From contig OZ024753.1 in NCBI GenBank assembly GCA_964016885.1, forward strand, positions 42,160,001 through 42,224,000: a stretch of DNA of 64,000 nucleotides, in the 5' to 3' direction. The notes under the pieces are model-generated. The model ran no database searches. It was given only the letters and a program-made list of their open reading frames with translations, and was not told the DNA's origin. Both the position numbers and the translations under genes were made by a program. Positions within the stretch are counted from its first letter, which is position 1, and each line of letters opens with the position of its first letter. Positions 1 to 12,750 of this stretch are shown here, one piece after another. The DNA is from Eledone cirrhosa (taxonomy: Eukaryota).

Positions 1-880
1 TGGTGTTGTGGTTGTGGTGTTGGTGTTGGTGGTGTGGTGTTGGTGGTGTGGTGTTGGTGGTGTGGTGTTGGTGGTGTGGTGTTGGTGTTGTGGTGTTGGT
101 GTTGTGGTGTTGGTGTTGGTGTTGTGGTGTTGGTGTTGTGGTGTTGGTGGTGTGGTGTTGGTGGTGTGGTGTTGGTGGTGTGGTGTTGGTGTTGTGGTGT
201 TGGTGTTGGTGGTGTGGTGTTGGTGGTGTGGTGTTGGTGGTGTGGTGTTGGTGGTGTGGTGTTTGTGGTATGGTGTTTGTGGTATGGTGTTTGTGGTATG
301 GTGTTGGTGGTGTGGTGTTGGTGGTGTGGTGTTGGTGGTGTGGTGTTTGTGGTGTGGTGTTTGTGGTATGGTGTTTGTGGTATGGTGTTGGTGGTGTGGT
401 GTTGGTGGTATGGTGTTGGTGGTATGGTGTTGGTGGTGTGGTGTTGGTGGTGTGGTGTTGGTGGTGTGGTGTTGGTGGTGTGGTGTTGGTGGTGTGGTGT
501 TGGTGTTGTGGTGTTGGTGTTGTGGTGTTGGTGTTGGTGGTGTGGTGTTGGTGGTGTGGTGTTGGTGGTGTGGTGTTGGTGTTGTGGTGTTGGTGTTGTG
601 GTGTTGGTGTTGTGGTGTTGGTGTTGGTGGTGTTGGTGTTGGTGGTGTTGGTGTTGGTGGTGTGGTGTTGGTGGTGTGGTGTTGGTGGTGTGGTGTTGGT
701 GTTGTGGTGTTGGTGTTGTGGTGTTGGTGTTGTGGTGTTGGTGTTGGTGTTGTGGTGTTGGTGTTGTGGTGTTGGTGGTGTGGTGTTGGTGGTGTGGTGT
801 TGGTGGTGTGGTGTTGGTGTTGTGGTGTTGGTGTTGTGGTGTTGTGGTGTTGGTGTTGGTGTTGTGGTGTTGGTGTTGTG
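1..880. repeat. Almost pure G/T low-complexity repeat (TGGTGT/TGG/TG mosaics)
   Basis: Direct inspection; only a few A and no C on the plus strand. Confidence 0.95.
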
Positions 881-2423
881 TTAAAAGCTCACACCTATGT
901 AGGTTTTTAGCTGGCCTCCTACAAGATCAGATCGCATTCTCAGTTGCTTTAATAATAGCTGTCACAGTCCTATCATTAGATGTGTACATATATATGTGTG
1001 TATGTGTGTTTATATATATATATATTTGTACATTATTCTATGTACTATACTTGCACCTTTGATGAGTTGTAGTGCACCTGAGCACTGTACACAATTTTCA
1101 TTACTATTATTATACACACATCTGAAACAAAACATGTTAGATGACCATGTCTTGCTCATAAGTTCCATTCTGGCGTTTTTTCTACAGTTGGATGCCTTTC
1201 TTAAAAGCCAACCACTTTACAGAGTGTACTGGGTGCATGTTATCATGACATCAGCACTACCACTTTACAGTGTAGTGGGTATATGTTACCATGATACTAG
1301 CACTACCACTTTACAGAGTGTACTGGGTATATGTTACCATAACACTAGCACTACCACTTTACAGAGTGTACTGGGTATATGTTACCATGACACTAGCACT
1401 ACCACTTTACAGAGTGTACTGGGTACATGTTATCTACAGTACTACCACTTATTTAGATAACAATTGTTAAATGTGTCTTGTGAACAACTCTTTACAATCT
1501 GGTAATGATTCAGCAGAAAATATATAAATACAGGTTTGTTAATTGAAATGTTTGTAGTATCTTTAGTAGTGGACAGATTATTGTTCACAATATTAGAGTA
1601 AAGACTAACTTTTTTGCTATCAAACTGCCTGAAACCACCTCTAGTTTTGTTTGTTTTAAAGTTGTTTATGTTTTTCTACAAAGCTGTGTGTGTGTATGTG
1701 TACAATGAACCTCTGCCAGTTTCAACAATAAAAGTTCCCAGTTGGTCAAATGAAATAAATGTGTAAGTGGCTGAGCATTCCACAGACATGTGCTCCCTTA
1801 ACATAATTCTCAGGGAGATTCGTACACAATTTTACTTTGTTTAGTGAAACTAACAGTTATGGAAAATTGGTCTTGCAGCATCAGGAATATTTAAAATTGA
1901 ATGTGTGTGTGTCAGTGGTCCACCGTTTCCGACAATGAGTGTTCTAGCTATTTGATCAATAGGAACAACCTGTGTGTGAATTTAACATGCAAGTGGCTGA
2001 GTATTCCACAGACATGTGTACTCTTAATGTAGTTGTCAGGGAGATTCAGGTTGACAGTGTCTGTCAGGGTGAGTTCTTTAAATTATAAATACTACTCAAA
2101 TTTGCCAGCTGAGTGAACTGGAGTGATATGAAATAATGTTTCTTGCTCAAAGACACAATGCACCACTGAGATACGAACTCCTGACCTCACAATCCTCAAC
2201 TAAACACCCTAACCACAAAGCTATGTGTCCCCTCACAAACCATTATATTACAGTTAAGTTTCTATCTCCTACTCACATCTCATTCAATCTCTTCTCATCT
2301 CACAGTCAGGATGTCAAGATCATGATTTCATGTGAAATTAGATCTACATAGTAAAAAAATACAGGAAGTTGATATTACTAAAACTCATGTTTGGCCTGCG
2401 TAATAGTTTATATACAAGACGCC

Positions 2424-2960
2424 TGGCTGAGTGGTGAGGTGCTGGACTTCCAACTTGTAACGTTGGGAGTTTAATTCCTGGACCAGGCAACACGTGTCCT
2501 TGAGCAAGACTCTATATATCACATCATTCGTAGCCTAGTGGTGAGGTGCTGGACTCCCAACTGTAACGTTGGGAGTTTAATTCCTGGACCAGGCAAAACG
2601 TGTCCTTGAGCAAGACTCTATATATCACATCATTCGTAGCCTAGTGGTGAGGGTGCTGGACTCCCAACTTGTAATGTTGGGAGTTTGATTCCTGGACCAG
2701 GCAACACGTGCCCTTGAGCAAGACTCTATATATCACATCATTCGTAGCCTAGTGGTGAGGTGCTGGACTCTCAACTTGTAATGTTGGGAGTTTGATTCCT
2801 GGACCAGGCAACACGTGTCCTTGAGCAAGACTCTATATATCACATCATGCGTAGCCTAGTGGTGAGGGTGTTGGACTCCCAACTTGTAATGTTGGGAGTT
2901 TGATTCCTGGACCAGGCAACACGTGTCCTTGAGCAAGACAATTTATTTCACATTGCTTCT
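2424..2960 (+). repeat. Tandem array (about 108-110 bp x5) of a SINE tRNA head
   Basis: Repeated GCCTAGTGGTGAGG...GGGAGTTTGATTCCTGGACC...CCTTGAGCAAGAC. Confidence 0.85.
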
Positions 2961-2971
2961 GGCTTAGTAAG

Positions 2972-3138
2972 CAATGCTGGATTTAGGATAAATGTGGCCC
3001 TGTGCTAGTTAACTTATGAGGCCCCTTACTTGGGCCCTGCGGAGGATAAAAACCTTTTTTTGCTGGAAGATGGGTTCCCCCTAGCCAACGGGGCTCTGTG
3101 CTTAAACACACATTAGCACAATGGTAAATCTGACACTG
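2972..3138. mobile_element. Small hAT-like MITE inserted in a SINE head
   Basis: Imperfect TIRs CAATGCTGGATTTA and TAAATCTGACACTG split the SINE A-box GGCTTAG...GTGGTAAGGG. Confidence 0.5.
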
Positions 3139-3519
3139 GTGGTAAGGGTGTTGATCTTACTATCATAATGTTACGGATTCGATTCCTGGACTGGGCTGTG
3201 TGTTGTGTCCTTGAGCAAGACACTTTATTTCACGTTGCTCCAATCCACTGGAACAAAATGAGTTGTGACAATGTTGGTAAAAAAACTGTATTGAATTTTG
3301 CCTTTCTCCTTGAACAACATCATATATAGTGTATATATAGCATATATAAAGTATATAGTGTGTATATAGTGTACATATATAAAGTATATAATGTATATAT
3401 AGTGTATATAGAGTATATATAAGGTATATACTGCATATATAGTGTATACATAGCATATATAATGTATATACTGTATACATAGTGTATATACTGTATATAT
3501 ATATATATATATATATATA

Positions 3520-3555
<36 letters not shown>

Positions 3556-3585
3556 TATATATAGTATATGTATGAGTTTCAATAA

Positions 3586-4420
3586 AATATGGTAATGAAA
3601 GGGTTAAAGACATAGGCAGTGTCTTTCATTAGAAATATGGTAATGAAAGGGTTAATGACATAGACAGTGTCTTTCATTAGAAACATAGTAATGAAAGGGT
3701 TAATGACATAGACAGTGTCTTTCATTAGAAATATGGTAATGAAAGGGTTAAAGACATAGACAGTGTCTTTCATTAGAAACATAGTAATGAAAGGGTTAAA
3801 GACATAGACAGTGTCTTTCATTAGAAACATGGTAATGAAAGGGTTAATGACATAGACAGTGTCTTTCATTAGAAATATGGTAATGAAAGGGTTAATGACA
3901 TAGACAGTGTCTTTCATTAGAAATATGGTAATGAAAGGGTTAAAGACATAGACAGTGTCTTTCATTAGAAACATAGTAATGAAAGGGTTAAAGACATAGA
4001 CAGTGTCTTTCATTAGAAACATAGTAATGAAAGGGTTAATGACATAGACAGTGTCTTTCATTAGAAATATGGTAATGAAAGGGTTAAAGACATAGACAGT
4101 GTCTTTCATTAGAAACATAGTAATGAAAGGGTTAATGACATAGACAGTGTCTTTCATTAGAAATATGGTAATGAAAGGGTTAAGGACATAGACAGTGTCT
4201 TTCATTAGAAATATGGTAATGAAAGGGTTAAAGACATAGACAGTGTCTTTCATTAGAAACATAGTAATGAAAGGGTTAAAGACATAGACAGTGTCTTTCA
4301 TTAGAAACATAGTAATGAAAGGGTTAATGACATAGACAGTGTCTTTCATTAGAAATATGGTAATGAAAGGGTTAATGACATAGGCAGTGTCTTTCATTAG
4401 AAACATGGTAATGAAAGAGT
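3586..4420. repeat. 48-bp minisatellite (about 17 units)
   Basis: Unit GGGTTAATGACATAGACAGTGTCTTTCATTAGAAATATGGTAATGAAA; dispersed related monomers near 30790-30920, 31135 and 32940. Confidence 0.95.
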
Positions 4421-5148
4421 TGTGTATCATAAACATCTTTTATCAAAACCATGATATGCACAAAGCATCAGGGAAGCACCTTAGATCTAAGAACTAGTAT
4501 CTTCTTAGTTACATTGTTATTCAACATAGGATCTTTCAAGATATCTTAATACCAGTGAAACCTGCAGAACTAAATAGGATCTTTCTAGAAGTTTTAATAC
4601 CTGTGATATACGTGGGGCTAAATAGGATCAAGATGTTTTAATACCTGTGATGTACGTAGGACTAAATCTTAGAGTATAACAGATAATACGCTCAGTAATT
4701 TCCTGGGTGTTGTCAGAGCAAGAAATGCCAAAAACTAGGTTTGTCAGTTTGCCAAACTGTAAGTTGAAATTATTTTATTTGAGAGAATGGGGTACCAACT
4801 GGGAGAAGAGGGTACATGTTGTAGTGCTAGCCTAGGGTGCTAATACATGAGGACACATTGTAATGCTAACACAGGGTGTTAAATACCCATGCACACATAG
4901 TAGAGGTAACCTAGGGTGCTAAATATCCAGGTAAACATTGTAAAGTTAGCAAAAGGGCGTTAAATACCCAGGTAAACATTGTAGAGCTAGCAAAGGGCAT
5001 TAAATACCCAGGTACATGTTGTTGTGCTAGCCTAGGGTGCAAAATACCCAAGTACACATTGTAGAATTACCCTAGAGTGCTAAATACCCAGGTACATATT
5101 GTGGAGCTAATTGAACAGAACTGCCAATGACCTGGGATGTTAATAGAG

Positions 5149-5360
5149 TGTGACTGCCAGTGAACTGAGATGGACAGTGAACTGTGACTGCCAGTGGTCT
5201 GTGACTGCCAGTGAACTGAGATGGACAGTGAACTGTGACTGCCAGTGGTCTGTGACTGCCAGTGAACTGAGATGGACAGTGAACTGTGACTGCCAGTGGT
5301 CTGTGACTGCCAGTGAACTGAGATGGACAGTGAACTGTGACTGCTAGTACACTGAGACTG
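5149..5360. repeat. 51-bp minisatellite (about 4 units)
   Basis: Unit TGACTGCCAGTGAACTGAGATGGACAGTGAACTGTGACTGCCAGTGGTCTG. Confidence 0.9.
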
Positions 5361-5929
5361 GCAATAGGTTGATCATCGTGATACAGAGTCAGTTGAGGGA
5401 GGGAGGGTGTCTCCTAATTTGGAAGGAAATGTATGACGTTGAGGAATAAAGGATGAGGATAGGAAATAGAATATGTAACCAATGACAACGACAAAGTATC
5501 ACCAACAATAATTGGACTTGTGTATCATAGAATCTTCTATGTTGGTCATGGAATATTCCATGTTGATCATGGAATCTTCCATGTTAGTCATGGAATATTC
5601 CATGTTGATCCAGGATTGGTCTTCTCAAGTTTTGGAAGATGTCATCAACAAGGAATAAATAGGGGTATCATCTTATGTAAAGATGGGCTGGCCTAAGGTG
5701 TAGGAAAATTCTAGACCTATTTAAACATGCATATACATGTGAATGTGTGTGTGTGTGTATGTGTGTGTGTGAATGTATGTATTTATGTATGTATGTATAT
5801 ATATGTTTGTGTGTGTGTGTATGCAGGTATGGGTGTTATTGCATGCATGGATCTGTATGTTTTGAGATATATATGTGTAAACATGTATATGTTTCTGTAT
5901 CTATACATGTGTATATCCAGATATTATAT

Positions 5930-6925
5930 GCTGAATTTCTGAAATGTTTTACATATATTTACAGTTCCATTAATGGACTGTACTTGCAACTTCTTAACTA
6001 GCCATGCCCTTTCTGGTTCTGTAAAACTCAGCTTCTCAAGATTTGTCTGGATGCAGTTACTAACATATCCCAGTGCTCCATTAATCACAGGTATAAATCT
6101 GAAAGTATAGTCAGGGTAGAGTATCTGCAGATTACTCATTAGTTCCTCATAGATATTCTCTTTTTCGCTAATCTTTGATATTATATTGGCATCTGCTGGA
6201 TAGCTAACTTCCACTACTGTGCATGCCTTCATTTCCCTGTCCCATATCATAATATCTGGTCTGTTATGCCTGCATTTTATTGGGGTTTTTACTGGAACAT
6301 TCCACCAGTAGTCTTGTATGTACATGTCCACCTCACTGCTGTAGCTTTTTAGATTTTTATTCTAATGACTATCTTTTCTATGGATTGCATTGTATAGTGT
6401 TTTGACCAATATATCATGCGTCATAGGTAGATAGTATTGTGTCGACATCTTTAGACAACTGTTTATGATATGGGTGACCTCCTCGCTGTTAATTCCACTA
6501 AGTCTGCATTTGATGTCACATCTAGGTGTTTTGCCTGCATCCCTATCTCTTTTGTACATCAGGTATTTCATAGTTATTTCCTTTTCTTGGATTGCAAAAA
6601 CATATCCTTCAAAGTGAGAGCCAATATAACAGTTGTTGGTCCAAGGTAGACTACTTTACTTATCTATATTACTCTCACTTTGAAGCTTTCTGGCAACATA
6701 GCCAGGCATGACTTTTTGCTGATAAGCATGCAGCTTTTTATTCATTGATTCATTGCGGACCAATTTCCCTGGGTGTGAGTTGTTGGTTATCATGCAGGGA
6801 GCATTTCTCAATGATGTTATCTGCCTCATATAGCAAACTTGTTCTATAGATGGGCTCCTCCTATACTTGGTGGTTCATAGATGTTGTCAGAGGGATATGA
6901 TGCAACACTCAAAGCCAACACGTGT
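5930..6925 (-). mobile_element. Degenerate RLE-endonuclease non-LTR retrotransposon, 3' part (R2/R4/NeSL-like)
   Basis: Broken ORFs give a CCHC-like motif (CRLSG...EEVTHIINSC...HD) followed by RPD...VEVSYP...KISEKENIY, the restriction-like endonuclease motif set; frameshifted. Confidence 0.8.
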
Positions 6926-6984
6926 TAAGGTGAAAATCAGCAATGGGTTTAGTGATGAATTAAGTGTACAGGCTTACTCCACAG

Positions 6985-7385
6985 CCCTCTCCTGTTTATT
7001 ATAGTCCTCCAGGCCATAACATAGGAATTTAAGACCAAATTGTCCATGGTAACTTCTGAATGGTGATGATCTTGCCCTTATAGCAGAATCCTTAAAAGAA
7101 TTAGAGAAGATGTTACACACATGGAAGCAAAACCTGGCATCAAAACTCCTCAAAGTAAACCAAGTAAAGACTGAAGTTTTAGTAAGTAAGGAAGTGGATA
7201 CAGTCCTACACCCTTCAGGGAGATGGCTATGTTTAATATACAGAAAAATGAGGAGTAGGTAGAAACTCCAAACTCCATATAGTGTACCCAGTATGGACAG
7301 TGGACACACAAAAGATGTAGTGGGATCACAGGTAGGCTGACAGAGAAGGTAAACTTTATATGAGACAGGTGCACAGAAATAGTCA
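6985..7385 (+). mobile_element. Old RTE-type LINE RT fragment
   Basis: Degenerate homolog of the element at 24612-25753 (LLFIIVLQAIT, CPW, DDLALIAES). Confidence 0.75.
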
Positions 7386-7799
7386 GGCCGATGCTAATCC
7401 TTGTTTCCATGGCATTAAGTAACAGAGTACAAGAGTCACCCCTGGACAGGACACCAGTCCATCATAGGGTTAAATCCCCAGCTATTGCTGCTGGTACTCA
7501 TTTTCAGCTGAGTATACTAGAGCAACATGAAATGAAGTGTTTTGCTCAAGAACACAACACGCAATCCAGTCGAGGAATCAAACCCACAACATTATGACCA
7601 CTAGACCACACATGAGGAAACTAATTAAGAAACATTTCACACCACAACATAGATACTACCAAATATTTAACACAAACACAATTACATGCCTTAAGGGACG
7701 GCATCAGATCTGACTACATCCAAACATTCTAACATCATTTTCATTATTTTTAATCGCCCTTCTGTATTGCTAGCCATCACTCCCTTTCATTCAAGTCAT

Positions 7800-8366
7800 T
7801 AAATAAAATACACCCAGTACACTCTGCAAAGTGGCAGTGTTAATACCACGATAAATTGCACCCAGTACACTCTGTAAACTGGTAGTGCTGATGTCATGAT
7901 AAATTGCACCCAGTACACTCTGCAAAGTGGCAGTGCTAATGTCACTATAACTTGCACCCAGTACACTCTGTAAACTGGCAGTGCTGATGTCATGATAAAT
8001 TGCACCCAGTACACTCTGCAAAGTGGCAGTGCTAATGTCACTATAACTTGCACCCAGTACACTCTGTAAACTGGCAGTGCTGATGTCATGATAAATTGTA
8101 TCCAGTACACTCTGCAAAGTGGCAGTGCTGATGTCATGATAAATTGCATCCAGTACACTCTGTAAACTGGCAGTGCTGATGTCATGATAAATTGCATCCA
8201 GTACACTCTGCAAAGTGGCAGTGCTGATGTCATGATAAATTGCACCCAGTACACTCTGCAAAGTGGCAGTGCTGATGTCATGATAAATTGCACCCAGTAC
8301 ACTCTGCAAAGTGGCAGTGCTGATACCACGATAAATTGCACCCAGTACACTCTGTGAAGTGGTTGG
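7800..8366. repeat. 48-bp SINE-derived minisatellite
   Basis: Unit CACCCAGTACACTCTG(C/T)AAA(G/C)TGGCAGTGCTGATGTCATGATAAATTG; relatives at 1210-1452, 53320-53470 and 53820-54060. Confidence 0.93.
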
Positions 8367-8844
8367 TTTCAGTAAAGACATTGAATTATATAAACTATAG
8401 AAAAGAGAGAAGGTAGGAGTGAGATGAAATCCTCCAGCTGTTTAAAATATGATAATGATGATGTGATGAGTAAAATATGATAATGATGATGACACATACT
8501 CATATAGATATATATACACATATACACCAAGCCGGCATGGCTAAGACGACTGTGAAACATGGTGTATATGTCTCAAGCACAGGACGGTGCTTATCCACGT
8601 TTCCTTGGTGTTAAGGAACTGAGAGTACATGACTTACCCCTGGATAGGACGTCAGTCTACCGCAGGGCAAAACTCCCAACTATTGTCGGTACTCAAGAAC
8701 ATAACAAATAACCCAGTCCAAGAATTGAAGCCGTGATATTATGTTCACCACCCTTACCACTAGGCCACACACCTTCACATTCTATATATATAGAGAGAGA
8801 GATAGAATAGATAGATAGATAGAGAGACAGAGACATTATATACA

Positions 8845-8892
<48 letters not shown>

Positions 8893-8894
<2 letters not shown>

Positions 8895-9071
8895 AAAAGG
8901 TTCAGGACCCCGACGACAGAGCTCAAGTCGTTTCGATGGCTATTTCCAGAATCGGCTTGAGCTCTGCCGTCGGGGTTCTGAACCTTTTCCTATTACCCAC
9001 TCTACTACCCAAAGTATCGAGTACTCTGGTGCGTTATGGTCCACCTGGTTCCTTACCACACTTCCTTCGTT
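8893..9071 (+). mobile_element. TA-embedded hairpin element, family A copy 1 (putative Penelope-like pLTR relic)
   Basis: Inverted repeat at 8893-8990 plus an ~80-nt tail ending CTTCCTTCGT, with (TA)n on both sides. Confidence 0.7.
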
Positions 9072-9301
9072 ATATATATATATATATATATAATTTTTGT
9101 CACCACTATATCATTTCAGTATTGGACATCTATCCACCCCTCTCCCACCCACCCCCCCACCCCTCACTCTCTAAACACACACACACATTTTCACAGAATT
9201 TTCGTTTTTATTTTCCCGGTGGTTGAACTTAAAATTCTCAAGTGTAACTATATTCAGTCTTGGTTTATTTAGCCTTTTTAGTTTTTCTGTTAGTTACGTC
9301 A

Positions 9302-9337
<36 letters not shown>

Positions 9338-9439
9338 GTATACGTGTGTCAAGCCGAGAAGGACCCGTCTAGCCCACGCAAGCATGGAAAAAACGGACGT
9401 AAAAACGATGGTGTGTGTATATATATATATATATATATA

Positions 9440-9640
9440 GGAACGAGTAGGACCCCGACGGCTGAGCTCAAGCCGTTTCGACGGCTAATTCTGGACTAAT
9501 TAGTCCAGAATTAGCCGTCGAAACGGCTTCAGCTCAGCCGTCGGGGTCCTACTCGTTCCTATTACCCACTCTACTACCCTAAGTATTGAGTACTTTGGTG
9601 CGTTATGGTCCACCTGGTTCCTTACCACATTTCCTTCGTT
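9440..9640 (+). mobile_element. Family A copy 2 (near-perfect palindrome plus tail)
   Basis: Palindrome at 9437-9562 centred at 9499/9500 with one mismatch; the tail runs to 9640. Confidence 0.75.
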
Positions 9641-9911
9641 ATATATATATATACACACACCATCGTTTTTACGTTCGTTCCAACGCACTTCTTGGTAGGA
9701 TACATAAAGCAGGATAAACATAATGATATTATATATATATTTATATATATATATATATATCATCATCATCGTTTAACGTCCATCTTCCACACTAGCATGG
9801 GTTAGACGGGAATTACCGAGTTCAGGCAAGATTGGTCGGCTGACCATGTCGGTAATTCCCGTCTAACCCATGCTAGTGTGGAAGATGGACGTTAAACGAT
9901 GATTATGATGA

Positions 9912-9964
<53 letters not shown>

Positions 9965-10150
9965 CATTATGTTTATCCTGCTTATGTATCCTACCAAGGA
10001 ATGCGTTGGAACAATTGTAAAGTATTAAATATTTTTACAACACTTAAGTGTCATCTCAATTTGTTTATATACATATATATATGCATACATCCACACATAC
10101 GCATACATATATATACACACATACACTGTGTGTGATTATGTATGTGTGTC

Positions 10151-10197
<47 letters not shown>

Positions 10198-10261
10198 CCG
10201 GGTTGAATCGGAGGTAACCACAGTAAGTAAGGTACTCAATACATGGCAGAGTATAAATGTT

Positions 10262-10334
10262 TTAATGTAGAAGCTTCCTGATGATTTCTCACGAATGAAA
10301 CAGTTCTAGTCCCGTAGAAGCTTTTCTACATTAA
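10262..10334 (+). ncRNA. Type I hammerhead-ribozyme-like motif
   Basis: AAGCTTC-CTGATGA(10278-84)-TTTCTCACGAAT-GAAA(10297-300)-C...G-TA(10316)-GAAGCTT. Stem I closes exactly on both sides of the core; stems II and III contain mismatches. Confidence 0.6.
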
Positions 10335-12144
10335 TATATAGATAGATAGATAGATAATAGATAGATATATTATCTGAAGTACGGAAGTGATTCACTCACT
10401 GTTCAGTTTCATATTTAAAAAATGCGATTGGTGATATTTGATATAATAAATATTTAAACTTTTACTTTTGGATTGAGTACTTTTTTTTACCGAGTGTTGT
10501 ACTCAAACGTATACACACATTATATATATATATATATATACGTGTGTACAGTGAGAGAGCAAGAAATATGTGCGAGATTTTGTGTCACTCAGGTATACGT
10601 GTTTCTTGGGAGATAGGTAGATATCAATATATATATACATACATAAATATATGTTAGAGAGAGAGAGAGAGAGAGAGTGCATGAGAGGGGGGAGAGTGCA
10701 TGAGAGGGGAAGAGAGAGCGAGGAGACTGAGGAAGAGAGAGTGCGTGAGAGGGAGAAAGAGAAAGTGCGTGAGAAAGAAAAAGAGAGGGGTGGGGTGGGA
10801 AGGAGGTGAGAGGGAGGAAGAGAGAGAGAGGGGGAGATAGGAGGAGAGAGAGAGAGAGATATGTGGTTGATGGTGACAAAAATGACACTAAAAGCAAGTG
10901 ATGTTGTGGCGATCATCGTTGACCGTGCGTATCAGCCCACATCGTGGGGTAAAAGACACTGCTATGAATGACACACACAACTGGTGAGTAATGTGTGTGT
11001 GTATTGGACCTCCGTCACTATCGACGACGAATGCTATTCTAGTGGTAGAAAATGTTACGAAATCACCTCACATACCCTGGGGTCCCAAATAATAAAGGGA
11101 TGAAATAATCGAAGGATCGGTGGGAAATTGTTAATTTTTCTAGGTTGTCTCCGTTGATTTTTCTTTTTAAAAACCAGAATTAGTCATTTAGTTTACATAT
11201 TGAGACCCCCCCCCCCCCAACACATCCTATTTATTTTATAACGTATGAGATTTCTAGTAATATACTTTGTTGTCATGTATAATGTTTTTTAATGTGTAAA
11301 GAAAATTAATTGCTGCAGGAATGCTGCTACTTAAAATAATATTTCGCCGTAGATAGATTAGCAAAATTTAATAAGCATAGAGGGGAGGGGTAATAAGAGC
11401 GGGGGTGTGAGAGGAAAAAATCTGAAAAATTAAGCGTGGGGGTAGGGACGGTTATTTGAGACCCGAGAGTACATCAATGATTTAATGAAATGAACCCGAA
11501 GGGTGATTAATTGAACTGTAATCAGGGGGCCCTTACTATATTTAAAGGGCACCGAGTTAATTTTGTTGCCAGCAGGACTGAAAGCACGAGCCCTCACTGT
11601 GTTTAACGGGTACAAAATCTATTTATTTGCTGCTATAAATAATATGCCAGTGTCAGGGAGACCCCATGCAAGGTTTTAACTCTTAACATCCTGTAATGAT
11701 TAAGAGTAAAATATCTTGAGATATGTTTAATTCAAATGTTTATAGAATCTTTACTAGTAGACTGATACTGCAAATATTGACATCAATCTGAGTAAATATT
11801 TTTTTTTATTTTAAATGTGATGCAGTCCTAGTAAAGTTTTTTTTTTTTCAACTTTTCACGAATGTCTTGCTAATGTAGTTTCATTTGGTTTATTAATTCA
11901 AATGTTTGCAGTATTAGAGTAGAAACTTTAATTATTAATATAATGCAGTCATAGGACTGTTGTATAATAATACTTTCAAAAGAATGTCTTGCTAATAATA
12001 TAACAGAGGACGTTAATAGTGAAATCTGCCCATGATAGTGAAGTCCGAGCTGTTTGCGGATGTAAATAAATATTATAAACTATGACAGTTAGAACAGCAA
12101 CAGGAATGACTGTCAACGCGAGTGGATAGATAATACAAACGTAC

Positions 12145-12264
12145 CTGTTGCCAACGATCTTCTAACGATGGTTGCGATGAAAAATATCCTGTGTCATGCA
12201 CAACCTGAAGTTCTCGGAATATATTTCCACTTGGTAGTATATCCATAGCAATATCTTCGGGCAT
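12145..12264 (-). CDS. KLF6/7: Kruppel-like factor 6/7 (luna-like), first coding exon; the rest of the gene lies beyond position 1
   Basis: Translates (MPEDIA)[34 protein letters not shown], matching the KLF6/KLF7/luna N-terminal activation domain. It ends in a phase-0 donor CAG|GTACGT at 12145/12144. The conserved Met is at 12246 (102-nt exon, same junction as vertebrate KLF6 exon 1); an in-frame ATG lies upstream at 12264. Confidence 0.93.
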
Positions 12265-12569
12265 TTGAACGAAGTGTGTTAGAAGAGGCTGCTGCTATAT
12301 AGATTAATACCAAAATGACACTTGGTGCAGACGAAAGAGCAGGGTTTGTTAAGAATAGGAAGATACTGTACGGGACAGAATGTGTTGTTGTGTTGTTGGA
12401 GAAGAAGAAGGTGTTGGTGTTGATGTTATTGGTGACGTTAGATAGCAGGTACCCGGAGGAAAATATAGACATAAGGGTGGAAAGAGTGAGGGGAGTTAGA
12501 AAGAGACAAGGCAGACACGGTTATGAATAGAGCAGATTTACGCTTCGCTCAAATGATCACACACTGGGG

Positions 12570-12750
12570 CAATTAGATCACGTGTAAAACATACAATTTA
12601 CAACTGTAAAAAAAAATGTCTATTATACCAACCAATGAAATTAAACCTTACATAATATTGTCAATTTCATGTCCAATCAACGAGGCTTAACTTTCTTTTA
12701 TTTTTATTTTTATTTATTTTATTTTTACAAGACGTAAATTTGCATAATTT
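12570..12750 (-). promoter_or_regulatory. Putative KLF6/7 proximal promoter
   Basis: Non-repetitive region upstream of the exon with an E-box CACGTG (about 12579), two CCAAT boxes (about 12632 and 12673) and an octamer ATTTGCAT (12738-12745). Motif-level evidence only. Confidence 0.4.

Noticed and set aside
3-1062. Long Val/Trp/Cys/Gly ORFs
   Set aside because: The G/T-only repeat cannot encode stop codons and is open in all three frames.
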